Assembly: GCF_009914755.1 (NCBI RefSeq)
Contig: NC_060927.1
Source: the human T2T-CHM13v2.0 reference genome, Homo sapiens
Length of the DNA stretch: 64,000 bases
Strand: one strand, 5' to 3'
The first letter of the stretch is position 1. Every line of letters begins with the position of its first letter. Made by a program: the position numbers and the translations under genes. Under the pieces are notes generated by a model. The model searched no databases and was not told the DNA's origin. It saw nothing but the letters and a program-made list of their open reading frames with translations. Shown piece after piece: positions 45,298 to 60,398 of the stretch.

Positions 45298-45509
45298 TTC
45301 GACTTATATGGACTATCACAGAAAAGTGATATCTAAAATACTGATATGGTAAGATAAAATGCAACTTATATAATTATTTTTAAAATGATGATTGGAAACT
45401 CTGAGTGTGTGGGTGGGACTCCTTGGCTAAAGGCTCCACTGCAGGGTGACCTGGCTATGCTGTTTATTGCAGGAGCCCCTCATGTCTGTCATTCCCCCCC
45501 TATTCTTTC

Positions 45510-46090
45510 TTTATATATTATTTTTAAAATAAACTATTTTAGAACAGTTTTAGATTTACTGAAAAACTACTAGCAGCACAGGGTTCCCCATAAACCCCAT
45601 GCCAATTTCTCCCTATTATTAGCATCTTACATTAGTATGGTACATTTCCCATAACTGATAGGCTAATACTGATACATTCGTATTAAGTAACATTCATACC
45701 TTATTTACATTTTCATAATATTTTACCTAAGGTCCTTTTTTCATTCCAGGACCCCATCCAGTGTGCCACATTAGTTATTCTGTCTTTTTAGGCTTCTCTT
45801 GGCTGTGATAGCTTCTCAGTCTTTTTATGTTTTTGATAACTTTGATAGTTTTGAGGAGATGTGGTCAAGTATTTTGTGGCATGTCTATTTAATGATATTT
45901 GTCTAATTTTTTTTCATGATTAGACTAGGGCTATGTGTCTTTGGGAGGAAACCACAGAGGTAAAGTGTCATTTTAATTATTTCTATTAAGAAGGGTATAT
46001 ACTCTCAACATAACTTGTCACTATTGACTCTGACCTGGATGACCTGCCTGAGGTAGTGTTTGTCAGTTTTGTCCACTGTGAAGTTACGAT
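45510..46090 (-). mobile_element. L1MC-type 3' fragment
   Basis: ttttagaacagttttagattta...catcttacattagtatggtacattt...catgattagact motifs. Confidence 0.7.
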
Positions 46091-47091
46091 TGGTATGGAC
46101 TCAAGAATATTTATTTCGTATATCTTTTTTTTTTAAGATTGTTTTTCTTTTGAGTCATTTATATTTCTCAAGAAAGAGTCTTACAATACTCTGTAGAGAG
46201 GGAAAATGCTGGCTGCCAATACTATGGAGTCTCAGTGGAAAATTAAGGCTGAGATTGGGTGTGGGTAGGGTCTTAGTATTTAATATGCATATGTCACATA
46301 TCATACCTTTAACTATATCTGGGGTCCCCCAGTACAGAGACCTTGTTTTCCCTCTCCAGAGAATGAACCTAAATTAGGGAGAGTCAGCCACAGGCATGGG
46401 AAGGGGACAGTATCTATGGATTTCTCTCACTCTTAAATGTCATTCAAATAATTTCTCTTATTTTAATTGCTCCCCATCCCAACCCCAACCTTCCTTCCTT
46501 CCCCCTATTTCCAGTAGTATTTGGTGCTGTCAATTCCTGAACTGTCTGTGGGATGATTGCTTTGGTTCTCAGCTTTTCCCATTACTGGCTTACGCTTCAG
46601 CATTTTCACATCTGCTAAGTCAGTTTTACTCATCCATCTGCCCTACAGCTTCCAAAATTGTTTTTGCTGTGCTCTTCTGTCTTGTTCTCACCATTCTTGT
46701 ATATTTGTCTTTAGGAAAAACAAATCCCTTTACAGCAAATTTAGTAGAGTTTGCAGGGGGTGGGTGAGAGGGAGCAAAATTGGATGTGTGTTTGATCCAT
46801 CGTCTTTCCACAGATTTGCTCAGGATTACAGAGTTAGCTCCGTGAGACCAGAGGCTCTATCTGCTCATCTTTGTATACACAACACCCACACACATGCCTG
46901 ATAAAGAGTAGGAGGTAAATATTAATTGAGTCTGGTATAAATGAAAATAGGAAGCCAAGTCAGGACTCAAATACAAATCCAAATTTAATTTTTATTTTTT
47001 ACATTACACTAAACTTCCACCCCTCATCTATTATAAAGTTTGTATTTTTAACATTTAAAATGAAATTTATCATCCATGTGATCATGCAGAT

Positions 47092-47216
47092 CAGTGCTTT
47101 TCAAATTTTGTATGTGCATACAAATGCCCTGGGGATCGTTTAAAATGCAGATTCCAATTCAGTAAGTCTGGGTGAGGTTGAGACTGCTAGTTTGAGGACC
47201 ACAAATTTGTATAGCA
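47092..47216. mobile_element. MER5-like hAT MITE
   Basis: cagtgcttttcaaa...aaaatgcagattc...gaggaccaca. Confidence 0.65.
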
Positions 47217-47832
47217 AAATGTTTAGTAATAGATTTATAGCACTATATATTCTGACATTATAAAATGCCATTTCACATTTTATTTCTATTACAGAGGTAC
47301 TATTTGCATAACAACTTTGTCAGGGCTTGGATAGCAACACATTGCCTCATTCCAGAGAAAGGGAGCCAGAAAAAGGACTCAGGTCAACCTAAAAGTTAAT
47401 TACAGATGTAGGGAGAAAAGTGAGAGTAAAACATGCTTTTTAAAAATTGTATCTTTCTTCTTCCAGTGGCAACTAGATTCTGTTAGATAGCCATAAGATT
47501 GTTATCTGTTACAGAAATGGTTGGGATAGGAAATATTACATGACTATATAGATATATGTATATGTATGTTTACATCATAAATTGTACCAAACTAATTTAA
47601 GATGATTTAACTTTGCATGCAAATAATATTTACTAAAGGAAACAAGGACATCAAAGCAAAGAGAAAATTATCATAAGAAAGATAAAATAAAACAAATACT
47701 GGGGTTAGTACATAAAATATATACCATGAATACTACAGTTAATAGCAGGGATATTATAAATAGAGCACTGGACATTCAGCACAAAAATGGATACATAATC
47801 ATTTATATAAGTTACTAAGGCTAAAGAGATAA

Positions 47833-48145
47833 TTTCTTTTTTCTTTTCTTTTTTTTTTTTTTTGAGAAGGAGTCTTGCTCTGTTACCCAGGCTGGAGTAC
47901 AGTGGTGCGATCTCGGCTCACTGCAACCTTTGCCACCCCGATTCAAGTGAGATTCTCCTGCCTCAGCCTCCCGAGTAGCTGGGATTGTAGATGTGTGCCA
48001 CCACACCCAGCTAATTTTTGTATTTTTAGTAGAGATGGGGTTTCAGCATCTTGGCCAGGCTGGTCTTCAACTCTGGACCTCGTGATCCATTTGTCTTGGC
48101 CTCCCAAAGTGCTGGGATTACAGGTGTGAGCCACCGTGCCTGGCC
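47833..48145 (-). mobile_element. AluS
   Basis: Poly-T plus full dimer. Confidence 0.88.
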
Positions 48146-49961
48146 AAGAAAATTTATTTAGTTTACCTTTATAAAGAGGAGGCCATGTCATGTTCCACAT
48201 AATATTTTCAAAGACAATCTTAGGATAAAATTTTATAAGGCAGCCAGAAAATACACATTTGTTCAGGCATGAATTTAGATGCTGATGATGGAGAGATAAA
48301 GACATATAAACTTTTTCAAGGAGCTCACGGTCATATGGAGGGACATACATAGCCAAGAAATTTCAAATAAGATATATTATAATAGAAGTAAAAGGTATCT
48401 TGATGGACCAAAGGAGGAAGAAATCAGCTCAGCCAGGGAAATGATGGTGGTGGTGGGAGGCGTGAGCTAATTTACGGCGTAAGACATAAAACTGTGGCTG
48501 AACAAATATTACATAGTGCCAAAATCTGTAAGAATACAATATTTTAATCTAAGTGGGCTCTGGATTGGGGTCAGTAGAAGAAAAGGAATGAAAGAAGGAG
48601 GGAGGGAAGGAGGAAGGAAGAAAGGGCCTGGGAATTTTGGCAACGAATGTGTGGAACACAGTTTCTCTGGGAGACTGAAGTTCATGGGTGAGGGACAGTA
48701 CTCACAGATAATAAAAGAGCCCAGTTATTTTTTACTTGCAGTAGAAGTCAGAGGAACAAGCTTCTAGGGTGTCAAGGTGAGGGCAGTTCCCAGAGCAAAA
48801 ATCACATAAGGCTAGGGCTAGTCCCAGGTTCTGGAGCAGTTAAGCAGGCTGGATGAGTGGTCCATAACCTGCTTTGATTTCCAGGTATCTTTGAAAACAT
48901 AACCAAGGCTATTTACCTTCTACTTAGAAAAACTCCTTATAATAAATACATGCAAAGTTTGTGTTTGGTTTAAGAGTTTTAAGGATATCACAGACCTTTC
49001 TAAGCTCTTCATAAACCCTGAGTAAAACAAACTTGATGGATGCATCAGGCTATCATCATAACTGGAGGCTAGGAGCCATTTAGATATTCTTGCTAACTCC
49101 CTTTACTTTAATTCTATGCTCATCAAGTGACCTTCTGATTATAGAATGTCAACAATTTCAGGTGGATGACAAACTCTGTGAAACCCATTACAGGAACTCC
49201 AGGTTAAGAACACTCAGACTAGGGGCAATGTGATGGCTTAGAGTTGAGAAGGTCCCAACATCTTCAGTTTTTTCATCTCAATCACATTTCATTTGTGTGC
49301 ACTTTTCTCATTACTTGAACTCACTGGCCTTTCTGCAGAACTTTCTACCTAATAATAGTTATTTACTAAAAGACCTAAAGCTAAAACTAAAATACTGCAT
49401 TCTTGCTTAGCATTGAGGACTCAGTGAGCAGGAGATAAGCATGCTATCAACATCCAAATATTAGGCCCAGAAACAAGTTTGCAACATTTCTGACCTTCCC
49501 AGAAAATACAACCATGAACTTCACAGGGCCTGAAAATGTGTTTATTCTTGAGTAAGTTCCTAGCGGAGTATAGTGGGATGTTTTTTAATCTACACAATTT
49601 TAACTTTATCGAAACTTTCTTATAAATCTTTAAAAATAAATCATAAGCTTCTTCTGTAATTAAGATACTGGCAATGTTGGTTTGGGAACATGTATTTCAT
49701 TCTCCCCCAAGTTCTCTAGAACCTGAAATTTTTAGCTCACATTTATCAATATGCTCAGTTGGCAGCAGACATTCCTCTTTAGGCAATACGAGTACTAACT
49801 CGGTGAAGTTTCCTACCAGCAATTTTATGAGATAGGTACTACTATTATGCCCATTTTAGAGATGACAAAATTGGAGCACAGATAGATAAAGGATTCACCT
49901 AAGGTAACACTGATAGTAAATGGTAGAGCCAGGTCAAGACTCAGGTAAACTGGCTCTAGAG

Positions 49962-50191
49962 CAAGCTTGTCCAACCCGCACCCTGTAGGCCACATGCAGC
50001 CCCAGATGGCTTTGAATGTGGCCCAAAACAAATTCATAAACTTTCTTAAAACATTATGAGATTTTTTTGTGATTTTTTTTTTTTTTTTTTTAGCTCATCA
50101 GCTATCAGTAGTGTTAGTGTATTTTATGTGCGGCCCAAGACAATTATTCTTCCAATATGTCCCAGAGAAGCCAAAAGATTGGCCACCCCTG
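49962..50191. mobile_element. MER30 (hAT-Charlie) nested in a MIR
   Basis: 230 bp with CAAGCTTGTCCAA...TTGGCCACCCCTG termini; 8-bp TSD (C/T)TCTAGAG at 49954-49961 and 50192-50199; MIR core sequence on the left flank. Confidence 0.88.
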
Positions 50192-52319
50192 TTCTAGAGT
50201 CTGTGCTGTTCATTATTTCACTATACTCTTTTTCTTCAGAGGCTATGACTGCGCAAAAATAAAAATCAAGGCATCAAAGCATTGGAGATAAGGTAAATGT
50301 GAGAACAATAGGGGAAGGCTAACAAAATAACATTATTTGCAATAAATGGAATTCTATGCCATCATTAATTTAGAAATATATTTAATAAGCTGGTAAAATG
50401 TTCACAATATATTGCTACATGAATAAAGCAAATACATTCTATAGTAAAACCCACTTATGCATATATGCACATGGAAACACACACACAAAGGATATGTTGA
50501 TGATGGTAATTACCAAGTGATGTTTAAATAGGTTGTATTTATTTATTTTCTCAAGAATGATCTGATCTTTACACAGCTGGTTCCCTTTTGCTTTCTAGAG
50601 CTCAGTTTAAATGTCACCTTATCAAAAGGTCTTTCCTGACCCCCTGTCTGAAGAAGAGACCCCATCACTCTATCTTCCTGTAAAGTACTTACCATTCTTC
50701 AATACTTATTATTTGTTAGTACTTTTTAATATGTTTTTCACATTCAGCCATCTCATCTACAAGTAATCTCTATGAGTGTGAAGATTGTCTGTCTAACTCA
50801 CTTTTGCATTACCATTACTTAGAAAGTTGTGTGAGTACTCTTTAAATATTTATTAAATAAATGAGTTAATGAGTGTTAAAAATAAATATCTCTAAGATTC
50901 AACATACATTTAACGTATATTATTTTACCACAGCAAATCTCAACCTCACAGGAAGCCAAAAGAAGCTCCTCGATTCTCTCCCTCTGTTCCATCTTCACTT
51001 TCACTCACATTATCACAGGTAACTGGAAACCTTGGGTAAAACACTGGGTCAAGAGCTATGGTATCCATGAGAGACATGGAAGTGATGCTCCCTGCCCTTA
51101 GAAGGTTATGTCTAATGGCTTTGAAAGACTTTTAAATAAATAGCTGTATAGTGATAAAAGATACAAAAGAGGTACTATAAACTGTAGGCACTGAGGAAAG
51201 ACTGGCTTTTTTTGAGTTACTTTCTGATCGAGAAAAGTCAAAAAAATTATTTTGTTTTAAACAATTGTCATAAAGATGACAAAAACAATTTTCATGAAAA
51301 TATCAATAATAGGAAACCAGCAGTAAATTATTAGTGTTGGATCATGTCTCCTCTACCCACATGTAAACAGATATAACCAAGGGTGGAGTGAGCTGCCTGC
51401 TGCCTTCTCATCTGGGTATGTGTGATCTGTGTCTTAAAAGAAGTTTTGGGAAAGTGGCCAAAGGCCACCAGAGGAGGCCATGACACCTCCTCCAGTCGTG
51501 GGCCACAGCCAGAACATTTTTTGTTTAGAGATACAGTTTATCCTCTGCATATATTCTGAACTTAACTTGTGCTTCTCACAATGCATATGAAAAAAATGGC
51601 AACAAAAGTCTAGGTTTTTCAATTTAGATGAGATTCCAACAATAGGCAACATTATGCCATATGGAAAACATGATGATGTAGAAGGAAGTTTGGGTTGAAA
51701 AACAATTACAAATTGACTATGGAACTTGAAGAGCAAAAGCCATTCTGCTTTAATTGCTACACTCTTTCCTTTACATCTTTCATTAAAACCATTGTGAATC
51801 AAAAATGTTTCCTTGGGTTATCTTTTTATTTTAAATGGATAAGGGTATCCATGATGCTAGGTTTGATATCCTAAATCTTAAATTTAAGAAGTCACTATCT
51901 GCTTTAAGACTTTATTAACACGGTAGATATTAATCAGACTTATACAACCCATCTTTGGAGTATAGGCTAAGTGCCTTGACTTTGATGCTGTACGATGTCC
52001 CATAAATGTTGAGATGACTTAATTCATTGGGTGCCAGATAATAAGGCATGATTTGGAGAAAAGACTATTCACTAAGAAACTATAAGAATACAACTCTCAA
52101 ATAAGAGAGTATATGCCTTCCTTACCATGAAGATATGATGTGGATAAAAAGACTGTTCACTCAGGAACTATAAGAGTATAATTTTGGGGCAAAGGCTTCC
52201 TTACCATCTTGTATGGTTGACTCTCTAGGCAGAGAAGCAACAAATGCAACATGCTTTTCATATGTGTTGGGAAAGACAATCCTTTCATCTGGAAAGAACA
52301 ATGGAATCACTCTGCATTT

Positions 52320-52400
52320 TCCACAAATGTGCAAATATGAGAAGTACCTCAGCAACTTGTATAGAGTTCCTGAGGTACTTCTCATTTTTTGAGTTGTGGA
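52320..52400. other. Long inverted repeat / hairpin
   Basis: ATGAGAAGTACCTCAG (52337-52352) pairs perfectly with CTGAGGTACTTCTCAT (52370-52385), with further inner and outer pairing. Confidence 0.85.
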
Positions 52401-54766
52401 TGGCCCACAAATGTTGTAAAAATTTTTTCCATTGAAATTTGCCTAGTTTGAATAGAAGACCTACCATTCATATATCCTTAGGGAACCAAATACATCACTG
52501 CTTCTCATTCATGAAAATTGTCTGTGGGCTGCCTCTGAGTTGCTCCAGAATCATACCACAGTATCACATTCTTATCTGACACTGATCCAGTCTTTGAAAA
52601 ATTATTCAGTGTGTGGTCTTTGTCTCAAACTTTGAAAAGTTGATTTGCATTAAGTCATTTGGGAAAAACCAAATCTAAATATATATCCTTAGCATTTAAG
52701 CATTTTAAATTCATTAAAATGTAAATAACTTTGAAAACATTTTAAAGACTGATTGTATCACCAACCATGTTTTTAAAAGTAAATTACAGTTTGGGAAAAC
52801 GTTTCTGGGCAGGAGAGATTTGAAAACACAAAATGAAAATGCAAAAATATGGAGAAGAATAAATATTCTCCATTAAACTTTAAAACTGCAGAATATGTGG
52901 AATTAAGATCCAGTTAAAGAAATGAAGCTGTTTACAGCAATCAGATTGCTGTAGACATGGACATGGTCATACACACTCAAAGAGAAAACACAATTGGGCT
53001 CATAAATACATGGAGGTTTTATAAGAAATATTCATTTTACACATGCAAAGGGTATTGTTTTCATTTGTAAACTTCGACTCTGATCTTTGCATAGTAAATA
53101 ACTGACTGATTTTTGCTGATTCTGGGTGGATAAATCCGATAACAGTGTTTGGAAGAATGTCGAGATCTTGGGTTTTGGAAGGAAGGAGAGTAAGAGAAGA
53201 AATTCGTCTCTGCAGTACTTGGGGTTCTTTATTTCCCAGGGACCTCTAGCTTTGCCTGATGTGCTCCTATTGCATGTGGTGCCCTAGCCCTGTTGTCTCT
53301 CTCCTACTTGAAAGTAGAGAATGGCTTCTCTTATAGGGAACAAGACAGTGACAAATTCATTTTCATATCTAAAGCCAGTTCTGAAATGTCAACATATAAT
53401 GAAGTTTTAACAAGAACAAAATAAGACTTCATCTGCTTTGTGCATATTTTTTCCCAGACAAAATCAAGAGTCTCCTTTGGGATATTTTGTTAGCTTCCTC
53501 TTTCTCTACTTCTTTCCCTTGCATAGTTATTATTATTCATAGCAGTTCCCCCACCCCCGCCACGAGTTTCCTTCATTGTTTTTTTTTTCAGTGTGTTTCT
53601 TTATCTTTCCTTGGTTCATTTCTTGTGATCCTTCTTTCCTAGTTGAGAGTTTCATCCAGTGTCAGTATCCTTCATTTATTCTCCTTCACTATCTTAACTG
53701 TCTTTTCCCCTTTTCCAACACTCTCTCAACTCTTTTCTTTGACTTCCCTCAACTTGACTGTCCTGAACTCAACAGGAATTGGTTTTCTGCAGATTGCTTA
53801 TTTGCCTCCCTATTTCAGTTGGATAAACAATGATATGGAAGAACATTTTGTAAACTGGTTCCTAGAAATTTTGTTCTGACCTCACCTTCAATCCACTACT
53901 CATAATAGGCTTTATAAATTAGGGCAGTTCAATAAATAAATAGAGAAAAAGACTCAGCAGAGTGTACATGATGGTATTTTTTTCTGGCAACAATGAAAAC
54001 TGAAAAAGATTTATAATTAGTAACCAAAAGAGAAAAGACAGTAAGGGTTAGATTAAGATTTGTGGTTGTGCCTGGGCTCATTGCTCTTTCATGGTAAATA
54101 AGTTTCCTTCACACGTTAAGAGATATATCACTGTGGAAAAAGAAATAATAAAATCTGGACTCAGTCTTCATTTCTAAGCTTCAGCATTTTATATCCATTT
54201 GCAGACTGGATTCTTCTGCAGCCCTCAAGAATGAAGGGAAAGGTTTTTACTTTGGAAGATGGGAATAAACATAGTTTTGGACTTTAAATATGTTGATCCA
54301 AAGCTTCTAAACTTTTGTCTACATGAAAAGAAAAATCATGACCAAACAGGAAAGCTCAAACATGGAGCTAAAACATCTGGACCTCACACTGAATTTTCTG
54401 TTGGCAATGTGTAAACTCAACCTGAATCTCGGCCACATCAATATGAGACATGACCACCCTAGGTACCACAGTGAAGCTGATGAGCGTTGAGAGTATATAG
54501 AAGCAGATAGGCCAGAAGACAAGACCCTCTCAAGGGTGCTATAAATGGGCCATGCCCAAAGTATATCAATTCCCTTGCCAAATTTCTCTTGGAAATAAGG
54601 AGTGTTGATTCGAGACCTAATGAATGATAGAAAAATTTACCATGAATTATACCCCTCATTTTTGTTTTTTGAGCACCTATGTCCACAGTCAGAGCACTAT
54701 GCTGCCTACTTGCAGATAAGAATAGAATTTTGATTTATCCCTTAAGAGGTTAAGAATCCAGCTAGG

Positions 54767-55067
54767 GGCCAGGGGCAGTGGCTCATGCATGTAATCCCAG
54801 CACTTTGGGAGGCCAAGGCAGGCAGATCACTTGAGGCCAGGAGGTCGAGACCAGTCTGGCCAACATGGCAAAACCCTGTCTCTACTAAAAATACAAAAAT
54901 TAGCTGGGTGTGGTGGTGCATGCCTGTAATCCCAGCTACTCAGAGGCTGAGGCAGGAGAATCACTTTAACCCCAGGAGACCAAGGTTGCAGTGAGCTGAG
55001 ATCATGCCACTGCACTCCAGCCTGGGAGACAGGGCAAAACTCCACCTCAAAACAAAAACAAAAACAA
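54767..55067 (+). mobile_element. AluSx-like
   Basis: Full dimer; TSD AAGAATCCAGCTAGG at 54752-54766 and 55068-55082. Confidence 0.92.
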
Positions 55068-58000
55068 AAGAATCCAGCTAGGGAGATGAGGAAATTATGT
55101 TAATAAATTCTAGTACTTGCACATGCTATTTATCTGGTTCCTAACTCTTTTTTGCTCTGAAAATCTTTAAGGCATTTTGTGAAATAGAAATCTAACGAGA
55201 ATGAGAATTACTGGTTTAGACTTTAATTATTTATGTCTATAAAATTCTCTTATGCCTGGATTGATCTACTGCGGTTTATTTACAGGGAATAAACCAAGTG
55301 ATAGAGTAGGAATCTCTAGGATTTTCTAGGAATTTCCTACTAATAAAATGCCAAATGCATAGGGTTTTATTATCTAATTTACCATATGAAGTTTTAATTA
55401 ATTTGGATATCAGAAAAGTTTGGTTTATATTCTCCGTTATGTAGTGACTGATCTGATTGTTTTAATAATTTTATATGGGTATTGACAATAACATCCAAGT
55501 GACACATACATGTCTTGGTCAAAATATATGGATATACTCTTCCCATCTATACATCCCATCTTAATCAAAGAGTAGGATTCAACCAATGTCCTTTCTTTAA
55601 TGCAGTAAAGACATTTTTAGAGAAATGCAAGAATACCCAACAGGTGACAGAAAGGACAGAAAAAAGAAGATAAACACATTTTCAAAATAATACTATCAAA
55701 GTACATTTGCAAGTTTTAAATCATTTTCAGAAGATGTGCAAATTCACAAGTACAAAAATACTCACATTTAAAAATAAAAGCTGAGAAAGTAAGTTCCTTT
55801 TAAATATACCTTCTCTCAAAGTGAAAATTAGTATCTTTACAAAGACTGAAAGCTGAGTCGGCAAGTTTTCAGTGTTTGTTCATTTTTTTTTTTTTTTTTT
55901 TTTTTTTTGGTAGACCTGTTGGATCACGAGGCAAATAGTACAAAAAATGCTTTGACTTTCCTTTTTTTAATAATGGGAATATTAAAAAAGGGACATTTCT
56001 ATATTTCTGCCTTTTATTCATTAGGGGAGTTAATTTTAAGCAACATTTACCCTGAAACCACTATTTTTAAAGATTAACTTAATATATCACACTGCTTAGC
56101 ATTTCTAGTAGAAGTTTTAAAATCTTTACTATGAATTGTTCATCAGGTTCTTCAAGTCTTAGTTTTGCCTTCATTATCACAACTAGGCCAAATTAGGTGA
56201 TTGGGACCCTTGGAGTATTTTTATTGGCTTGTTTTAATTTGAATGCCTGGTTGGATGTAATTGTCAAATTTTAACATTTGCTCATTAATTCAATTAACAC
56301 TTATGGAATAGTTTCCATGTCTTAGGAAATGTCCTAGGGCCTGGAAATACTGGTGGTAAAGGTATAATTGTTGCCCTAGCAAGAGCATTACATAGTTGAA
56401 GAAGAATCATATTGATTGAACAACTATGATGCTCAAACCTTTTTACAGAAATCTCTTCACTTATCTATTCCAAGAAAACAAGGAAGATGATCAGATAATT
56501 TAGCCAATTTCTCATAGCTGGATAGAAGTAGTAATGGTATCTGAGCGTCTGACTTCAGAAGCCATACTTTTCCCTGACTAAATGATGTTCTTAGAAGTTG
56601 GTAGAACAATTTCTCCCTTTTATGCTTAGAAACACACACATTCCCATACTATATCCATGGGTGAGAAGTTAGCTGGGTTTGATCATGTCATTCACCCTCA
56701 AAACAAATTGTCTTGGTAATGGCTCCCATAATTGCATTGTGGTATGCATCACATGATAGAATGGACAAAATCTAGAAAATGTCTGTGCTGCCACTCACTT
56801 GTATTGCACATTGGGATACCCCTTCAGTATTCCAAAGAATGAAATCATTTAAGTGACCATTGTCACTATACTTGAAATCTGTTTCATCATTACAATTGCA
56901 TGAATCATTGTTCTCACTATTTGATAAGCAAACTTAGAGAAAAGACCCAATGTACTTCTTCAGCTACGATTAAGAAGTAGAATAAGAACACAATGCAGAA
57001 AAAGAGGGAAAAATTAATTCTCACTTTCATGTGATCTCTGCAAAGAAAAAGAACATTAAAACAATGTGTCACTAATATTTTTGCTCAATGCCATTCATAT
57101 ATTACCTGAGTTAAGTAAAAACCTTTCAGCGATGTGACAACATCCCTGAAAGGTTTTATTTTCAAAAATAAATGTTCAGGCTATTGAAAAATATAAAATC
57201 ACAAATAGACTGGATTTGGTGGATTCATAGATGTGCATGGTATGACAAGAGTATGTAGAACTAACTATATTTACATTAAATTTATGATACCCCTTGAAAA
57301 ACATAAAACGTGAATTCATAGGATCTTGATGTGAATCATTCGCAATGAGGAGTGTTAATAAAAACTTTTTATTTGGTAATATAGAGGAGTGTCAGATAAT
57401 AGACTAGGTGCACAATGTAATTAGAAATACTGAACTTTCTATTGCGTACACAACAGCTTGTGGCAAAGCTCTGAGTAAATCATAAACATAAGAATGGCAC
57501 TGCATTGCACTTCATAGAACATCCTCGGGCCAAAAAAGACAAATAGGAGAGGTTCTGATTAAATATTTGCTCTGAAAATACCCACTGATAATATACTGCC
57601 AATTTCCTACCTTGGGTAAATAGCATCCCCCTCTCCCAAGGTAAGTAGGTCTCTGCTTATATTAGATTTTATTTACAAAAAGGAAATCTGGCCACAAAAC
57701 ACACCACAGTTATGTGAAGGGTATGGCCCAGCTTGTCTCAAAACATTGTCAGTGTGACCTTTGGCAAGGACCCAGTAAAAAAGCACTTTCTCTAAAGGAA
57801 ATGAACACCTTTTCCCCTATAATCCTGCTAGCAAGATGTGGCATTAATGAAGCAATCCCAGCTTCCAGTGGTCATAGCACAAATCAGCTCATTTGGCTTG
57901 GTCAGTGGAAGAATGAATGCCAGGTGGATATGTGCACATAGGAGCATATGCAATGTTTCCATGGAAATGCTCCTGGTTCTGCCCGAATGGCCTTGGGGAT

Positions 58001-59021
58001 GAATCCAGCCCTTCGGGGATGTACCGTCTCTTCTGGAGGTCAGCCCAGTGGAAAGTAAAGCCTTAAGAGAGGCACTGGACTTCAGATTTTATGTGTTCAT
58101 CTGGAGGGTGATTTGGAGACTGGATTATCAATCTCACTTTTAATATTCACTGTATTCTGGACACCAATTCCAGAAACAGCAGCCCAATATTCTTTTATTG
58201 CAGAATCCAAACATAAAGACGACAAGCTTTTCCAAGCATATCTAGGAACACTCTCAGTAGTTTCAAGGACAGTATTTTAAAGAGACAAATATTCTGGGTA
58301 ATTGTGCTGAAAAATATGCTTTCTAGCTCATTTCATGGCTGCCCTACCTACCTGACTTTCTCTTTTCCTTTACTTCATACATCCGCCACTATCCTCTCCT
58401 ATCCCCTCATTACCTGTTTCCCTTATTTACAAAATTGTCTGTGTCCCTGGAGTCCTTCGGAAGGTCATTTGGCTAATTAAAGAGTCCAACAAGCTGATGG
58501 GTAATTTAGTATACAAAGACAAAGATTATAAACATACAAATAGAAAACTTGTGTTGATTATATCTCAACGGTATAGGTACAAAAGTAGGTAGCCAAAGTT
58601 CTTACATGAGGTGGCTTGTCCTTTTGAACATAGCTCAGACATCTAATACCTGATTGGAAAAATATTAAGCATTCAATAAACAACAACATGGATTACAAAT
58701 GTTGTCATTTTAAAGGCTTCAGATCTGCAATGAGAGATACTTGTAATTTTTTGTCTACATCATTAAGTGTGTTGAAAATATAATTTGAAAATGGGCTTCT
58801 TTTTGATGGTAATAATGGGAATCCAAAATAATCTATTCTTATTCTTACTTTTTAATTCTCACTCTCCCTATTTTTAAGTATTTTGTAAATATAATTTTAA
58901 AAATAAAGTATAGAAAGTACAGTTTTTAATACAGTGTATAGCTACAGGTTTTTCCACATTGAAAAAATTACCTACCCAGAAATCCTAAACATATATGTGG
59001 GTAGAGATCATATCTATATAG

Positions 59022-59482
<461 letters not shown>

Positions 59483-59549
59483 TAAGGTTCCACACTTTTA
59501 TCATTTTCAGCGTTTGTAGGTTGGCCGAAAACTTGCTGACTGCAGGGAT

Positions 59550-59950
59550 GGTACTCAGGCCTGAGCCACCAAGCAATGAAACTATTATGAGTTGAGGTAC
59601 AGGCATGTGACCCAATCAGGGTCAGTGAAATAAAATGAGATGGTTTGAGACTTTTACTGTCTTCTGGGAAAGAGATACTTGCTCTTCCCCCAAGGGACTT
59701 AAAGCCCAGAAGATGCAAGGCCTGGAGCTTCTGCATGGCCATCTTCTGACCATGTATAGAGAGTCTACCAGGGAACAAATCAATAGAAAAGCAAGTAAAG
59801 CAAGGCGTAGAAAAAGTGGTCATCCTACATTTGCAGATACCCCTCCATTTTTTCTTTTCACTTACACAAACCAATAATCTTCCTCGTTGCTTAGGCTCTT
59901 TAAGTCAAGTTTTCTGTATCTTGTAGCCAAAAAAAGTACTTAATGATAAA
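59550..59950 (+). mobile_element. Old MLT1 (J/K-like) LTR
   Basis: ggcatgtgacccaatc...ggccatctt...ttttctgtatcttgtagccaaaa...taatgata. Confidence 0.6.
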
Positions 59951-60008
59951 CCCAACCCACAGTGTCAAACAGAGAGAGAGACTGAGTCCTATAACAGTAG
60001 CCTCCTAA

Positions 60009-60398
<390 letters not shown>

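Noticed and set aside
55883-55908. Isolated long poly-T tract, possibly a retrocopy tail
   Set aside because: No TSD and no adjacent polyA signal or recognisable element body found.
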